Assembly (NCBI GenBank): GCA_965240325.2
Contig: OZ251225.1
Coordinates: 186,001 to 250,000, forward strand
DNA: 64,000 nt
Reading direction: 5' to 3'
Origin: Rebecca billardiae RCC1528
Taxonomy: Eukaryota; Protista; Haptophyta
A program made the position numbers and the translations under genes. Each line of letters begins with the position of its first letter. Position 1 is the first letter of the stretch. Under the pieces are notes generated by a model. That model had not been told where the DNA came from. It saw only the letters and a list, made by a program, of their open reading frames with translations, and did no database searches. This document shows, one piece after another, positions 12,667 to 25,440 of the stretch.

Positions 12667-12891
12667 CGCGGCGCTCCTCGCCTCCGGCCGCCCCCGCCTC
12701 TCCTCGGCGCGGCCCTCGGCGTGGGTGTGGGAGGGGGTCGCCCTGCTGCTTTCACTTAGACGAAGTTCGTTTCGCGGCCACCCTCGGTTTCGCGATGGCC
12801 GCTCTCAATCCGTGCGAGAAAACGTCATTCATCAGCAAGACCGCCAAGCCGAGCCGGCCGCGACTCGCGGACTCGTGGCTCTGGCCGGCTG

Positions 12892-13133
12892 ATGGCGCCC
12901 TCGTGGCACCTCCTCCTCGCGCTCAGCGCCGCGCCGGCAGCAACGTCGTCGCGCACGATGGGCGCGCTCGCGCGCGCCCCGCTGCGTGGCGCGTGCCGCC
13001 TGCTCGCCTCGCGCGCGCTCGCGCGGCCGCCCGCCCTCGCGCGCTTCTGCGCGCGCGCGTCGGCCGCGGACGCGCCGGCTGCGGCCGGCGGCGCCGCCGC
13101 CGCCGCCGCCGCGACCAACGTGCCGTTCCCGCC

Positions 13134-13164
<31 letters not shown>

Positions 13165-14998
13165 TTTGACGACGGGCCGCGGTACGGCGACCACGAGGTC
13201 GTCATGTCGCAGGCCGAGGACTGCCGCACCTACGCCGACCTCGGCTCGATGCTCGCGCCGGGCGGCGCGCAGGTGGGCGAGCGCGTGTGGGTGCGCGCGC
13301 GCGTGGCGCGCGTGCGCGCCAAGGGCAACTCGTGCTTCCTCGTGCTGCGGCAGGGGCTGTTCGACACGATGCAGGCGTGCTACTTCAAGGACAAGGCCGA
13401 GCCCGAGCCCTCCAAGGCCTTCCTCAAGTGGCTGGGCGCGCTGCCGCCCGAGTCACTCGTCGACGTGCAGGCGACTGTCGCGGCCGCGCAGGTGGCGAGC
13501 GCGTCGGTGCAGGCGGCGGAGCTGCAGATCGAGCGGGTGCTCGCGATCGCGCGCGCGCCGGCGGCGCTGCCCTTCCAGCTCGAGGACGCCGCGCGCCCCG
13601 AGGCCGAGATCGCCGCGTCCGAGCAGACCGAGCGCCCCTGGAGCCGCGTGCCCGCCGAGCAGAGGCTCGACCACCGCTGGCTGGACCTGCGCACGCCCGC
13701 GTCGGGCTCAACGCTGCGGCTGCGCTCGGCGGTGTGCCAGCTGTTCCGCGAGGCGCTCGACGCGCGCGGCTTCGTCGAGATCCACACGCCCAAGCTCATC
13801 GGCGGCGAGTCCGAGGGCGGCGCGGGTGTGTTCACCACCGACTACTTTGAGCAGACCGCGTGCCTCGCGCAGTCGCCGCAGCTGTACAAGCAGGCGGCGA
13901 TCGCGGCGGACATGGGGCGCGTCTTCGAGATCGGCCCGGTGTTCCGCAAGGAGAAGTCGCACACGCGCCGCCACCTCTGCGAGTTCACCGGCCTCGACCT
14001 CGAGATGGAGATCAAGCATCACTACAACGAGGTGCGCGCGCCCAAGCGCGCCGCGCGCGCGCCCAAGCGCCGCGCGCGCGCCGACCGCCCGCGCGCGGCG
14101 GCGCCGTCGCGCGCGCACAGGCGATCGAGGTGATCCACGAGACGCTGGCGCACATCTTCCACGGCCTCGAGACCCGCCACGCCGCCGAGCTCTCCGCCGT
14201 GCGCGCGCAGTTCCCCTCCTCCCCGCCCTCCGTCAGCGCGGAGCCGTGCATCGTGCACTGGGAGGAGGCGATGGCGATGCTCAGGGTGAGAAAACAGCCG
14301 CACGCGCAGCCGCACGCGCAGCCGCACGCGCAGCCGCACGCAGCCGCACGCGCCGCACGCGCAACCGCACGCGCAGCCGCACGCAGCCGCGCGCACCGCG
14401 CGCGAGAGGGAGAGAGGGGGAGAGAGAGAGAGCAGAGCGCGCGCGTGCACGGCGCCGCGCGGCGCTTCCGCCGTGTGCCCCACGCCCACCCTGGCCCGCG
14501 CGCGCTCCGCCCCCCTCCCCCCCTCCCCTCCCAACCCCCTCGGCTCGGCTGGCGCTGCAGGCCGCGGGCGCGGACGTGGACGAGATGGCCGACCTGAGCA
14601 CGCCCCTCGAGCGGCAGCTGGGCGCGCTCGTGGCGGCCGAGCGCGGCGTGGACCTCTTCTTCCTCGACCGCTTCCCCGCCGCCGTGCGCCCCTTCTACAC
14701 GATGAAGTGCCCCGACGAGCCGCGCCTCACCAACTCGTACGACGTCTTCCTGCGCGGCGAGGAGATCTGCTCGGGCGCGCAGCGCGTGCACGACCCGGCG
14801 CTGCTGCGGCAGCGGCTGGCTGAGCTCGAGGTGCCGACAGAGCCGCTGCAGTGGTACGTGGATGCGATGGCGTACGGCGCGCCGCCGCACGCGGGCGCGG
14901 GGCTCGGGCTCGACCGCGTCGTCTTCCTCTACCTCGCGCTGGACAACGTGCGCAAGGCGACCATGTTCCCGCGGGACCCCAACCGGCTGCGCCCGTGA
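12892..14998 (+). CDS. DARS: Aspartyl-tRNA synthetase, eukaryotic/archaeal type, with N-terminal targeting extension; exons 12892-14031, 14121-14285, 14561-14998
   Basis: OB-fold VWVRARV..VRAKGNSCFLVLRQ; GFVEIHTPKL; LAQSPQLYKQ; motif 2 FEIGPVFRKE.SHT.RHL.EF; GEEICSGAQRVHD; motif 3 PPHAGAGLGLDRV; C-terminal MFPRDP. Both GT-AG introns restore the frame. Confidence 0.95.
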
Positions 14999-15274
14999 GA
15001 TCTCGATCTCGATCGCGATCGCGATCTCGACCTCGATCTCGCGGGAGCTCGAGGGCACGGCCGCAGCCGCCGTCGCCACGGCTCACAGTCACACGACTGG
15101 CACGCGCCGGCCGGCAGCGTGCAGGCCGATCTGATCAATCACTCTGTGAAGTGGCCGTTTTCAACCCGGCCCCGGCTAGTGGTAGTGGTACGCGTCTGTA
15201 ATATTACAGTCTAGCTAGCTGTATACTCGTCGTCGCGTAACTACTTAATATCGACGACTAAATATTAAAATAAG

Positions 15275-15311
<37 letters not shown>

Positions 15312-15330
15312 TCTATATAGATAGATATAG
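15275..15330. repeat. (TA)n microsatellite
   Basis: Directly visible. Confidence 0.9.
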
Positions 15331-16346
15331 TACTAGTACTGGGCTACTGAGTACTGGCGGCATTCGGTACAGACAGTCGTGCGTCATATAGATACATCAT
15401 CGGTACGGGGCCGTGGCCGCTGCTGCGTGTGCGCGGCCAGCTGCGGGGGGCCGGGCCGGGGCGCTGAATATGTGGTGTTATTGGCACAATAATCGATTGT
15501 GTCCGCTGGCGAGAAGTACGTGGCCATACTACCCGCCGATCGACTTTGCCCTGCCTGCTGCGTCGTACTAAGCTTCAGGGCCACGATCCAATTGGCTATT
15601 ATCGACCTCGACGCACCGTCGCCCGCTTGCTGCAGCCCCTTGCCTCGGCACCCCGCGCCTCCAGCTGAGCCGGCCTCGACCGCTGGTGAAGCGCGCTATA
15701 CACCTGCTCGACTACAGCACGGCAGATACAAACGATTCATCGTTCTGGCGGAGCAACCACCACAAGCGCGCTCACCATTCCCGCCATAATAAGCATCATA
15801 CACGCCTCTATGATGCATCAATGACGACGAACTCGGTCGCCCAGCAATATTCCAGCTCATCGATTGGCTTTCTCATCTACAGCCGGTCGATCATACATTG
15901 ATGGGGGTACCTGGAGTACAAATGGCCGGCAGCGGTCGTATTCATCTTCTATGCTTACTGGACGGTGACAAAGCTGCAGTATGCCAGCCGTGTCCGCTCA
16001 TCAAGGAGGCTCATCCAAGTTACCGCAGATTCGATCTCGGTGACACGCGCACGCTGCTCGGGCAAGCCAGCTGCCAGATTCCCTCTCCCAAGCCCTCTGG
16101 CCAGCTGTCAGCTGCGTGCTCGGTTTCGCAGCAGCTGCCCTCGTGCCAAGTGCTCGCGGCGTGGCGCGACGACGATCTCGCGCTCCCGCCTGCTTTCGGT
16201 CGCTGCCCGTTGTGCCCCACGGCCACTGCAGCCTGCGGTGGGCTGCAACGTATTCCACGACAACTAGAAAATCCCAAGGAGTGTCTGTGTTATGTAAGTA
16301 TGCGCCTGCCGCATCCAGGCAGTTGGTTGCGTACGCAAGGTCAAGG

Positions 16347-16350
<4 letters not shown>

Positions 16351-16379
<29 letters not shown>

Positions 16380-16384
16380 ATATG
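16351..16384. repeat. (TA)n microsatellite
   Basis: Directly visible. Confidence 0.85.
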
Positions 16385-16902
16385 ATGCATCATAATAATA
16401 ATACTGTGACGCGCATATCCGAACAGTGCGACTGTGCGACAGCTGTGCGTAGTACGTCGTCGTCACTCTCAATTCGGCCAGAGTTGCGCCCGCTGTGAGC
16501 GCGCTCCGAGGGCACGGTCCGCCGGAGACCCCGCGGAACTTGAGTCATTCACATTGCCGCAGCATATATATTTATAGTGATTAGTGATGAGAGTGCGCAT
16601 GAGGCGATGAGCTGCACCGAGCAGGTGACAGCAGCGACGATGTCCACCATCGAGCACGGCGGCCGAGGCCGTGGACTTACATACCGTTGCTCATGCTGAC
16701 GACTCCGCCAGTCGGCAGTAGTGACTAGTGAGCTCGTCGTCACGCGCGCCAGCAAGCGCCGCCGTGCTCGGGATCCGGACGGGCAGGTCGGGCGCCGTGC
16801 CTCTCGCAGGTGGGCGTGCGCAGTGCTCGCGAGATCCACGCCAGCATGCAGCACACGTTGTTGAGTGTTGTCGGGCGTGCGCGCCCCCGGCCAGCCACGG
16901 CC

Positions 16903-18102
16903 TCACGCGGCGGGCGCCGCGCCGCCGCCATCGCCGCCATCGCCGCCGCCGCCGCCGCCGCCGCGGCCACGCTCAGCGTCCTCGGCGTCGGGCGAGGCGT
17001 CGGCACCGCCGTCCTCGCCCGCGGCCGGTATGAGCGCGAGGAAGTGGTTGCCGCCCTCGCCGTGCAGCTTGAACTCGGTCGGCCCGCAGTGCGGGAACCT
17101 GTCGTCCGCCGCGAGGATGTGGATGGGCCCCGCGCCGTCGTACCGCGGGGAGCCGTACCGGCCAGAGAGCGCGAGGTGGATCTCGGTGCCGTTGGCGGCG
17201 CAGACGGGCTCGTACACGTGGATGGGGTGGCCGATGGCCGTGACCAGCGCGATGATCTCGGGGCCGCCGCCCCACACGCGCGGCTGCCGCATCAGCTCGA
17301 GGTACTCGGGCGCGCGCAGCCCGTACTGCTCCGCCACCGTCTCGACGAGCTCCTTGCCCGAGATCTCGTCTCCGCCCTCCATCAGGAGCGGCTTGTCTGC
17401 GTGCGAGATGAGCGTGTCCACGGCGAGCTAACAGGGGCGGCGGGCGCCGGGCCGAGGGCCGCGCGTGAGCGCGCGCGGCGCGCGCGCGGCGCGCGAGCGG
17501 CGCGCAGCGCGCGGTCAGCGCGCGCGCTCGCTGCGCCTCACCTGCCGCAGCTGGGCGACGCGCGTCTGCAGCGACTTGTCGTACATGCTCAGGTGCTCGC
17601 CGCGCGTGGCGTACGCCTCGCCGATGGCGATCGCGTGGAAGAGGCAGTCGCCGCACCCCTGCACCTGCTGCACGCACACGCGCATCGACTCGTTCAGCAC
17701 GGGGTACGCGTGCGGGTACCAGCCGTCGCGCTCGCGGCTGCAGCGCGTGCGCGCCTCGCGCAGCACGTCCGGCGGCGGCTTCGCGGCGGGGTCGGGCGTC
17801 TCGACGGCAGGCGGCGGCTCGCGCTTGAGGAGCTCGCTGCGCGCATCCTCGCTGTCCGCCGCGTCGCCCCCGCGCGCCGGGCCCATCGCCAGCGCGCGCC
17901 GCGCGCGCGCGGAGCGCTCGTGCCGCCTGGCCACCGCCAGATCGGTGCCGCCGCCGGCGTGCGCGGCGAGCAAGCGCGACGGCGGCGGCCGAAGGTGCGA
18001 CTCGTCGTCTCGCCGGCGCCCATGCGTCGAGGGACGCCGAGTCGGGCCCGCGGCGCCCGCGAAGGCGAGCAGCGCCAGGGCCACCCAGAGCGTGGGCACC
18101 AT
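16903..18102 (-). CDS. OTU-family cysteine protease (deubiquitinase-like) with signal peptide; exons 18102-17542, 17427-16903
   Basis: N-terminus MVPTLWVALALLAFAGAAG; Cys box VQGCGDCLFHAI; YLELMRQPRVWGGGPEI; PIHVY; His box GNHFLAL. The GT-AG intron 17541-17428 joins QLRQ|LAVDTL in phase. Alternative ATG at 18132. Confidence 0.85.
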
Positions 18103-18204
18103 GCTACCTGCCGTCGACGTGGGCGCCCCCATCGTCTCAATGTGCACACGATGGCAGATTGGCCGTGCTCTGTGCGCCGGACCGGCTTGGCTGAGCCTGG
18201 CGAG

Positions 18205-18256
18205 CTTCGCCCTGCGCCCCGGATCTTCGCCCTGCGCCCCGGATCTTCGCCCTGCG
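18205..18256. repeat. 20-bp tandem repeat (CTTCGCCCTGCGCCCCGGAT, about 2.6 copies) in a divergent promoter
   Basis: Exact copies at 18205 and 18225, partial copy at 18245. Confidence 0.9.
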
Positions 18257-18591
18257 TCTTTTTTGATAATAGAGGTTGGATTCGCTCTCTGAATTCGAAT
18301 CCGTTCGACCAACCAGGGCGTCGTTTTCTCCACGGGCGGCTCGAATTGAGTGGGGCGGACGCATTTCGCAGGATCTGATGACGAAGTTTGATATGAGTTT
18401 CGATCTGATCCGCCGCGCCCACCGGCGCCTTTTGGTTCCCGAGCGGCGCGAGCGGGGGTCATTTTGGCTAGCGCGTGATGAAGACTGGGTCGATGTGCCT
18501 GCGTGCGAGTTGCAGAGCGGACAGAGCGCGACCCGGAGCGCCCCGTGGGTGACAGCGTCGGCGCGCACGTCCATCGCGCGCTGTGGAGCTG

Positions 18592-18867
18592 ATGGCGCAG
18601 GTCGAGGCGCCGGGCTTGCTGCCGCCGGGCCTGAAGCACGCCCGCGCGACCCCGTCGTCACCCTCGGCCTCGCCGTGGCGCACCTTGGCGGGCCGCCCGC
18701 CGCAGCCGCCCGCCCCGGACAGCTCAGGCGCCGGCGGCTCAACCCGCTCGGCCGCCGGCTCGACGACGGAGGGCAGGCTCGAGGGCACGAGTTGGCGCTC
18801 GGCGGATGGGCGCGTGGGCTCCCGGCAGCACCCGCACGCCGGCGCGCCGGATCGCGCCAACGAGCCC

Positions 18868-18904
<37 letters not shown>

Positions 18905-19149
18905 TCATGCCGCCGCATCCGCCGAGTGTGGCGCACACGCACCTGGGCACGTGCGCGCTCGCGTGGGAGCCGGCGCCGTGCCCTCCGGGCGAGACTCTGG
19001 AGTACATCGTGGAGGTGCACTGCCCAGACCACGCGCCCACCGGGCACGACGACGCTCACAGCGACGGTTCAGGTGGCCGCAACGGCGGCGTCGAGCACGG
19101 CGCGGCCGTCGTGACGCGGACGGCGAGCGGCGGCGGCGGCAGCGGCGGC

Positions 19150-19180
<31 letters not shown>

Positions 19181-22100
19181 GCAGCGGCGACAGCTCCTCG
19201 GGCTCGAGCGCGCCGCCCGCCGCCACGCTCGCCGCCTTGCTCTCCGCCCCCGGCCCGCTCTCCAAGCGGCTCGCCGCGTCCACCGCCCTGGAGCTGGAGG
19301 CGGGCTGGGCGGTGCAGTACGTGGGGCGCGCGCTGGGCTGCAGGCTGGACGGGCGGCGCGCGCGCGGGGCGGGCGCGCTGGTGCGGCTGCGCGTGCGGAG
19401 CACCTCGGCGCTGCTGTCGGAGCCGTCGGAGGCCGTGTCCCTCGACGCGCCGAGCGTGAGCGCGTGCGCCCCCGCCCACGTGCTACACGGCGGCCGCGCG
19501 GCCGCCACCGGCCCGCCGCCCGAGCTGGGCGCGCGCGCCGAGCGCGCGCTGTGCGCGGACGGCGCGGACGACACGCCGCCGCCTCCGCCGTCGCTGCCAG
19601 CCTCGTCCTCGTCCTCCTCGCTGCGCTCCGACGCGTCCAGGCCCACAGCCGCGGACGCGTGCGACGCAGCGCCCCCGCCACCCCCGCCCGAGCCCACGCC
19701 GGCCGGCGCTGCCGCTGCCGCTGGGCACACGGCCGCGTGCGGCGGCGCGGAGGCGCGGCCGGAGCTCGCGCGGCCGCCAGGGCTGCTGCCCACGGCGCAG
19801 GCAGCGGCCGGGGTGCCGCCGCCCAGCGCGCGCGCGTGGGCCGCGCACGGCTGCGCCGCACCGCCCTCGCCGCCGATGCCGCCGCCGCCGCCGCTCGCGG
19901 CCGAGCCGCTTGGCATGAGCCCGCCCTCGGCGCCGCCGCCGCCCGCGGCGGCGCCGCCGCCCTCCGCTCCGCTGCCGCCGGAGGGCGGCGGTGCTGACGG
20001 CGCGCGGCACACGCCGCACTCGCCGCGCCGGTCGGCCGCGTGGCGCCCGGCGCCTGACCCGTGCTGGGAGGCGATGGCCGAGCCGAAGGCCGAGACGCGC
20101 GCTGCGGCGGCACCGCCGCACGAGTGCGCGCGCGCGCCGCCGCCGCCGGCCTGCTACGCCGCGCCGCCGCCGCCGCCGCCGCCGCCCATGCCGCCGCCGC
20201 CGCCGCCGCCCATGCTGCCGCCGCCCATGCTGCCGCCGCTGATGCCGCCGCCGCACATGCCGCCACCGCACATGCCGCCGCCGCTCATGCCGCCGCCGCC
20301 GCCGCCACCGCCACCGCCTCCCGAGTCGCGCGGCGCGTCGGCGCCTTTGAGCGCGGCCTCGGGCAGCGGCGGCGCCACGGCCGGCGCGGTGCCGGCGGGC
20401 GTGCTGTGCGCGCCGGTGCTCCGGCTGCTGAGCGCGGGTCCGGCGTGGGTGGAGGTGTGCTGGGAGCTCGGCCCCGAGCTGGCGTGCGCGGCCTCCGAGC
20501 TGCTGCTCGAGCTGCGCGACGAGGAGACGGGCGCGCTCGCGGGGCGGCACGCCGCGCCGCCGAGCGCGCTGCGGCGGTGGCGCGCGTCGGGGCTGCGTCC
20601 GGCGCGCGCGCTCGTGCTCAGCCTGAGGCTGCAGCTGCTCGACGGCGCGCTGGTGGCGAGCGCGCCGCTGCGCGTGCGCACGAGCGCGCCGCCGCCGCGC
20701 CCGCGCCTCTCTCCGCGCGGCGCGTGCACCGTCGCCGTCTCCTGGGCGCACGGCTGCGGCGCGGCCCCGGCGTGCGCCGCGGCGCTGGGCGGGCGCGGGG
20801 GTGGCGCGCCTGCGGGCGCGGAGGGCGCGGGGCGGGCTGCGGAGTCCGGGGCGGAGTCCGGGGCGGAGTCCGGTGTGGAGTGGTCGCTCCTGCTCCGGGA
20901 GGAGGGGCCCGCGCACGGCGGCGCGCACGGCGGCGGCTCGGCGCCCGGCTCGGCGCGCCGGTCTGAGCAGGGCGACGCGCACGCAGCCGCCGAGGCCCAA
21001 GCGGCCCTGGCGCGCGCCGAGGCCGCGGCCGCGGCGGACGCGGCGGCGGAGGCGGTCGCAGGGGCGGCGGAGGCGGGCGAGGGCGCGGGCGGCGGTGCGC
21101 ACGATTCGCGGCCCGCCTCCGCGCCGGCCGCCGAGCTGTCGGGCTGGCGCGAGGTGGCGCGCCTCAGCGCGGCGGACGCGCTTGGCGGCACGCACACACA
21201 CCTGCTGCGCGCGCTGCGGGCGGAGCGGTGCTACTCGCTGCGGCTGCGCGCGCACGCGCTCGGCGCGGCGCACGCGCAGGCGGCGGCGCTCGGCGAGGTG
21301 GCGAGCTTTGTGACGGGCGCGGCCGCGCCGCCGGGCGCGCCGCGCGCGCCGATCGCCGCCGCGTGCACACCCACCTGCCTGGCGGTGCGCTGGGCGCCTC
21401 CGGACGACGACGGCGGCTCGGCCGTGAGCTCGTTTCTGCTCGAGCTAGCGCGCTGCGCGCACGCGGGCGGCGGCTGCGCGCACGCGGGCGGCGGCTGCGA
21501 GGAGGCGGGCGGCGCGGCGGGCGGCGCGGGCGCGGGCGCGGGCGCCGCGCCCGGCCCCGCCCCGCCGCCCTCCGCCCTCCCCTTTGCCCGCGTGTACATC
21601 GGCGCGGCCGCCTCCACCACCCTGCCTGGCCTGTGCGCGGGCGCTGAGTATGCGCTGCGTGTGCGCGCGCTCAACTGCGCGGGGCGCGGCGCGCCGAGCG
21701 GCGTGGCGCGCGTGCGGCTGCCCGCGCGCGCCGCACCGCCGCACGCCGCGGCGCCCGCGCCGGCGCCCGCGCCGCTGAGCCCGGCGCCGAGCCTGGCCGT
21801 CCGGCCGCCGCCGCCGCCGCCGCCGCATTCGGCTGCTGCTGCTGCGGCTGCTGCGGCTGCGGCTGATGCTGCTGCTGCTGCCGCTGCTGCGCCGGCGCCG
21901 ATGGCTCCGCTGCCGCTGCAGGCCTGGGAGCAGGCAGCGCCGCAGCCGCAGCCGCAGCCGCAGCCGCAGCCGCCCTCGCCGCTGCGCGCGGAGACGCCCG
22001 CCATGCCCTCGGCCACCCCGCTGCCGGACGGGCGCGTGGAGCTGTCTTGGGCGCCGCCCTCGGAGCGGGGCGCGCGCGTCGACAAGTACGTGGTGCAGCT

Positions 22101-23756
22101 GGGCAGCCGCAGCGCGGAGGGCAGCTCGGCGCGCGGCGCCGCGCCCGGCGCCGCCGAGCGCGCGTGCGCGTGGGCGTGGCAGACAGTCGGCCGCACGGCG
22201 GAGCGGCGCTGGGTGTTGCCGCTGGCCCTCGGGCTGACGGGCGAGGAGGCGGCGCGCGCCGTGCGCGTGGGCGCGCTCTCGGCAGCGGGGCCGTCGCCCT
22301 GGTCGGCCCCGCTCGAGCTCGCTGCCGCGATCCGTCCGCCGCCGCGGCCGAGCGCGCCCGTGTGCGCGCGCGCCACGCACACCGCCCTTGGCCTGCGCTG
22401 GGCGGCCGGCGCTGCCGCCGCCGGCGCGGCGGGGGCGCGCGCAGAGGCGGCGGTGGTCTACGCGCTCGACAGGGTGGGGCGGCGCGGCGCGGTGGAGCGC
22501 GTGTACGTGGGCGACGCGTGCGAGCACGAGCTGAGCGAGCTGCAGCCCGGCACTGACTTCGTCTTCACCCTCCGCGCTATCAACGGCGGCGGCGCGTCCG
22601 CGCCGAGCGAGCCGCTGCGCTGCTGCACCGAGCGCGCGCGCGCGCCCTCGGCCGTGCGCCCGCCGCGCGTGCGGCTGCTGACGGCGGCGGCGGGCGGGCG
22701 GGGCGGCGAGGGCGAGGCGGCGCAGGAGCGCGTGGCGGGGCTCTCGTGGGAGGTGCGCGCGCCGCGCCGCCTCCGCCCGCGCGCCGCGCCGCGCCGCCGC
22801 CCCGCGCCCGCCGCGCGCGCGCCGCGGGCCGGCCGCACCGGCGGCGCGCCCTGACGCGGCGGCGCGCGCGCACGCCCACGCGCGCGGCGGGCGCGGCCGG
22901 CGGGCGCAGGAGCCGGCGGCGCACGGCAGCCCGGTCCTCGAGTACGAGGTCGCCCTCTTCCGCGCGCGCACCGGCGGGGGCGCCGAGGCGAAGCGCGCGC
23001 GTGCGCAGGGCGCGCGCTGGGAGGCGGTGCACAGGGGGGGCGGGCTGCGCGCGCGCGTGCAGCTCGGGGCGCGCGCGGAGCGGGCGCAGTTCTGCGTGCG
23101 CGCGCGCAACGAGCTGGGCTGGAGCGAGTGGGGCGAGGTGCGCGCGCGCGCGTGCTCGCCCGCGCTCGCGCCCGGCCGCCCTCCGCTGCCGCCACCAGCC
23201 GCCACCGGCGGCGGCGCGCTCGCGCGCGCGCCGCGCTCACGGCCCGACGCGCGCGCGCGCGGCGCAGGCGGCCTCGCTGGCGGAGCAGGCGGCGGAGGAG
23301 GCGCCCGTGGGCGCTGGCGCGACGGGCGCACTCGAGGCGCACGCGCCCGCGAGCGCCGAGCCCGACGCTCGCCGCGCCGAGCCCGCCAGCGCCGCGCCCG
23401 ACGCCCTCGCAGCGCCGCCGCCAAGCGGCGCGCGGCAGCAGGGCGCCGCCTCGGCCGCGCGGAGCGAGCGCGCGGCGGCGCGCGCGGCCGACGACGCGGC
23501 GCGCGCGTCGGCAGATGCCGGCGCGCGCGGCTCGCGCCACGCGCGCGCAGCGGCGCCCGCACCGAGCGCCAAGCCGCGCCGCCGCGCGGCCGGCAGCCGC
23601 GCCGAGCGCGCGCGCGGCGCGCACGGAGTGCAGCGCTCGGCGGCGCGCGCGCTGATCGACGGCGCGTGCGGCAAGTACGCGCAGCTCGTGCCGGCGGGCG
23701 TGTTGCTCGCCGCTGGGCTCGCCGCACTGGCCACGGCGTGGGGCGCCACGCCGTGA
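18592..23756 (+). CDS. Proline-rich, multi-fibronectin type III protein with C-terminal membrane anchor; exons 18592-22752, 22910-23137, 23268-23756
   Basis: FN3 signatures: VRWAPPDDDGGSAVSSFLLE..YALRVRALNCAGRG; LQPGTDFVFTLRAINGGGAS; SWE|EPAAHGSPVLEYEV..FCVRARNELGWSEW. Poly-Pro tracts. Terminal hydrophobic LVPAGVLLAAGLAALATAW. Both introns are phase 0 with branch-like motifs. Confidence 0.8.
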
Positions 23757-24078
23757 GCCAGCCGATCAGTGGAACGGGTCATGCTGCCGCGCGCGGTCGC
23801 TGTGACGGCGTAGGCGCTTTGCCGTCGCGCCCAGGTCCGGCGCTGAGGAACCGTCCCTGATGAGTCCGGGCCTGCCAAACGTAACACGCCCGTCCGGAGG
23901 TCTCCTCCCAGTGTTTCAGACTGCGCGCACCTACGGGAAGGGCGCCCGCCCGGACTGCGCCCTTGATGCCCGCTGCGGGCCCGGGCGCAGCTCTTGCCTC
24001 CTGCTCGGGGCCGAAGGGCTGTGCTGCGATCGGCGACCCTCACTCAGTCTCCCGAGCCCGACACCAAGGCCAGGCACG

Positions 24079-25214
24079 ATGAACGAGGATCAGGTGAGCA
24101 AGCAGATCGACCAGATGGTCAAGTTCATCCGGCAGGAGGCCGTGGAGAAGGCGCGGGAGATCCACGTGAAGGCCGAGGAGGAGTTCAACATCGAGAAGCT
24201 CCGCATGGTCGAGGCGGAGAAGGCGCGCATCCGCGCCGAGTACGAGAAGAAGGAGAAGGACATCGAGATCCAGAAGCGGATGTGCGGCGCAGGCGCGGGA
24301 TCGGGCGCGGGGGCGGGTGGTGCTGGCGGACAGGCGTGCCCTGCGTGCCCGGGCACGCTCCGCGCACCCGCCAGCCGCCGCTGACACGCGCTACGCCGCC
24401 GCGCGCGCGCCGTAATCTGCCGCGCCCGCGCAGCCAGCAGTCCAACCACGTGCGCGCGGCTCGCCTGTCGATCCTCGCGGAGCGCGAGGCGCAGCTCGGC
24501 ATCCTCAAGGAGGATGCGCAGAAGCGCCTCGGCCGCCTCGTGCAGTCCGACAAGTACTCGTCGCTGCTCGAGAGCCTGATTGTCGAGGTGCGCGCGCGCG
24601 CACGGCGGCGGGCGCGTGGACGGCGCGCGGCGCGGCCGCGCGCGAGGGGAGGCGGCGTGCGCGGGACGCACGCCGCGCGGGCGAGGGAGCGCGGCGCGGG
24701 CTTGCAGTGCACGCGCTCTGCCCGCGCCGACGCTCAGCCGACCCGCCGCCCCCGCCGCCCGTCCGCGCAGGGCCTGATTCGGCTCGAGGGCGGGGCGTGC
24801 GCCGTCAAGGGCGTCTCTGGGCAGGCCAACCTCATTAAGAACGTGCTGCCCTCCGCGGTGAACAAGTACAAGGCGTGGGCGGAGAAGGAGAAGGGGGCGC
24901 AGTTCGTCAAGGAGATTGACGTCACCTTCGACAGCGACGCTGTCAAGAACTCGTGCGTCGCACGCCACGCCATGCGCGCGTGCGCGCCGCGCTGATGAGG
25001 CGCCGGCCTCGCTGCGCAGCGCTCGCTCACGCGTGCACCGCGCGCGCGCCCCGCGCACACCGCGCGCCTGCCTGCCGGGCGCAGCTGCGGCGGCGTGATG
25101 CTGCAGACGCATGGTGACAAGATCATCATCGACAACACGCTCGAGGCGCGCCTCGAGATCGCGATGGACCTGCGCCTGCCTGAGACGCGCCGCGTGCTCT
25201 TTGGCGGCAAGTAA
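24079..25214 (+). CDS. ATP6V1E: V-type proton ATPase subunit E; exons 24079-24281, 24434-24587, 24771-24952, 25085-25214
   Basis: [36 protein letters not shown]; [15 protein letters not shown]; C-terminal CGGVML...[12 protein letters not shown]...[10 protein letters not shown]. Three GT-AG introns keep the frame. Confidence 0.96.
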
Positions 25215-25440
25215 GCCAGAGGCGGCAGCGCGCGGCAGCGGCAGCCGGCAGCCGGCCGCAGTGGCTGCCGCTGGGCGCGCGCGGCGTGGATGAGTGGCGG
25301 GGTGCAGGGAGGACGCATGTGCGAGGAGCGGAGCGGAGTGACGCCCGCGCTCGCAGCGCGCACGCGCAGCGCGTCGCCTCCCGACGGCGCTGCGGCGGCG
25401 GCACTCGGCAGAGACAGACGTGGACGCGGGGGCCCGGGCC

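Noticed and set aside
15350-16340. Short ORFs with a hydrophobic stretch (WPAAVVFIFYAYW) between TA tracts
   Set aside because: Interrupted by stops, no recognisable family and no clear termini; at most an unassignable relic.
18274-18314. TTCGAATCC-containing hairpin resembling a tRNA T-loop
   Set aside because: No cloverleaf, acceptor stem or A-box can be built.
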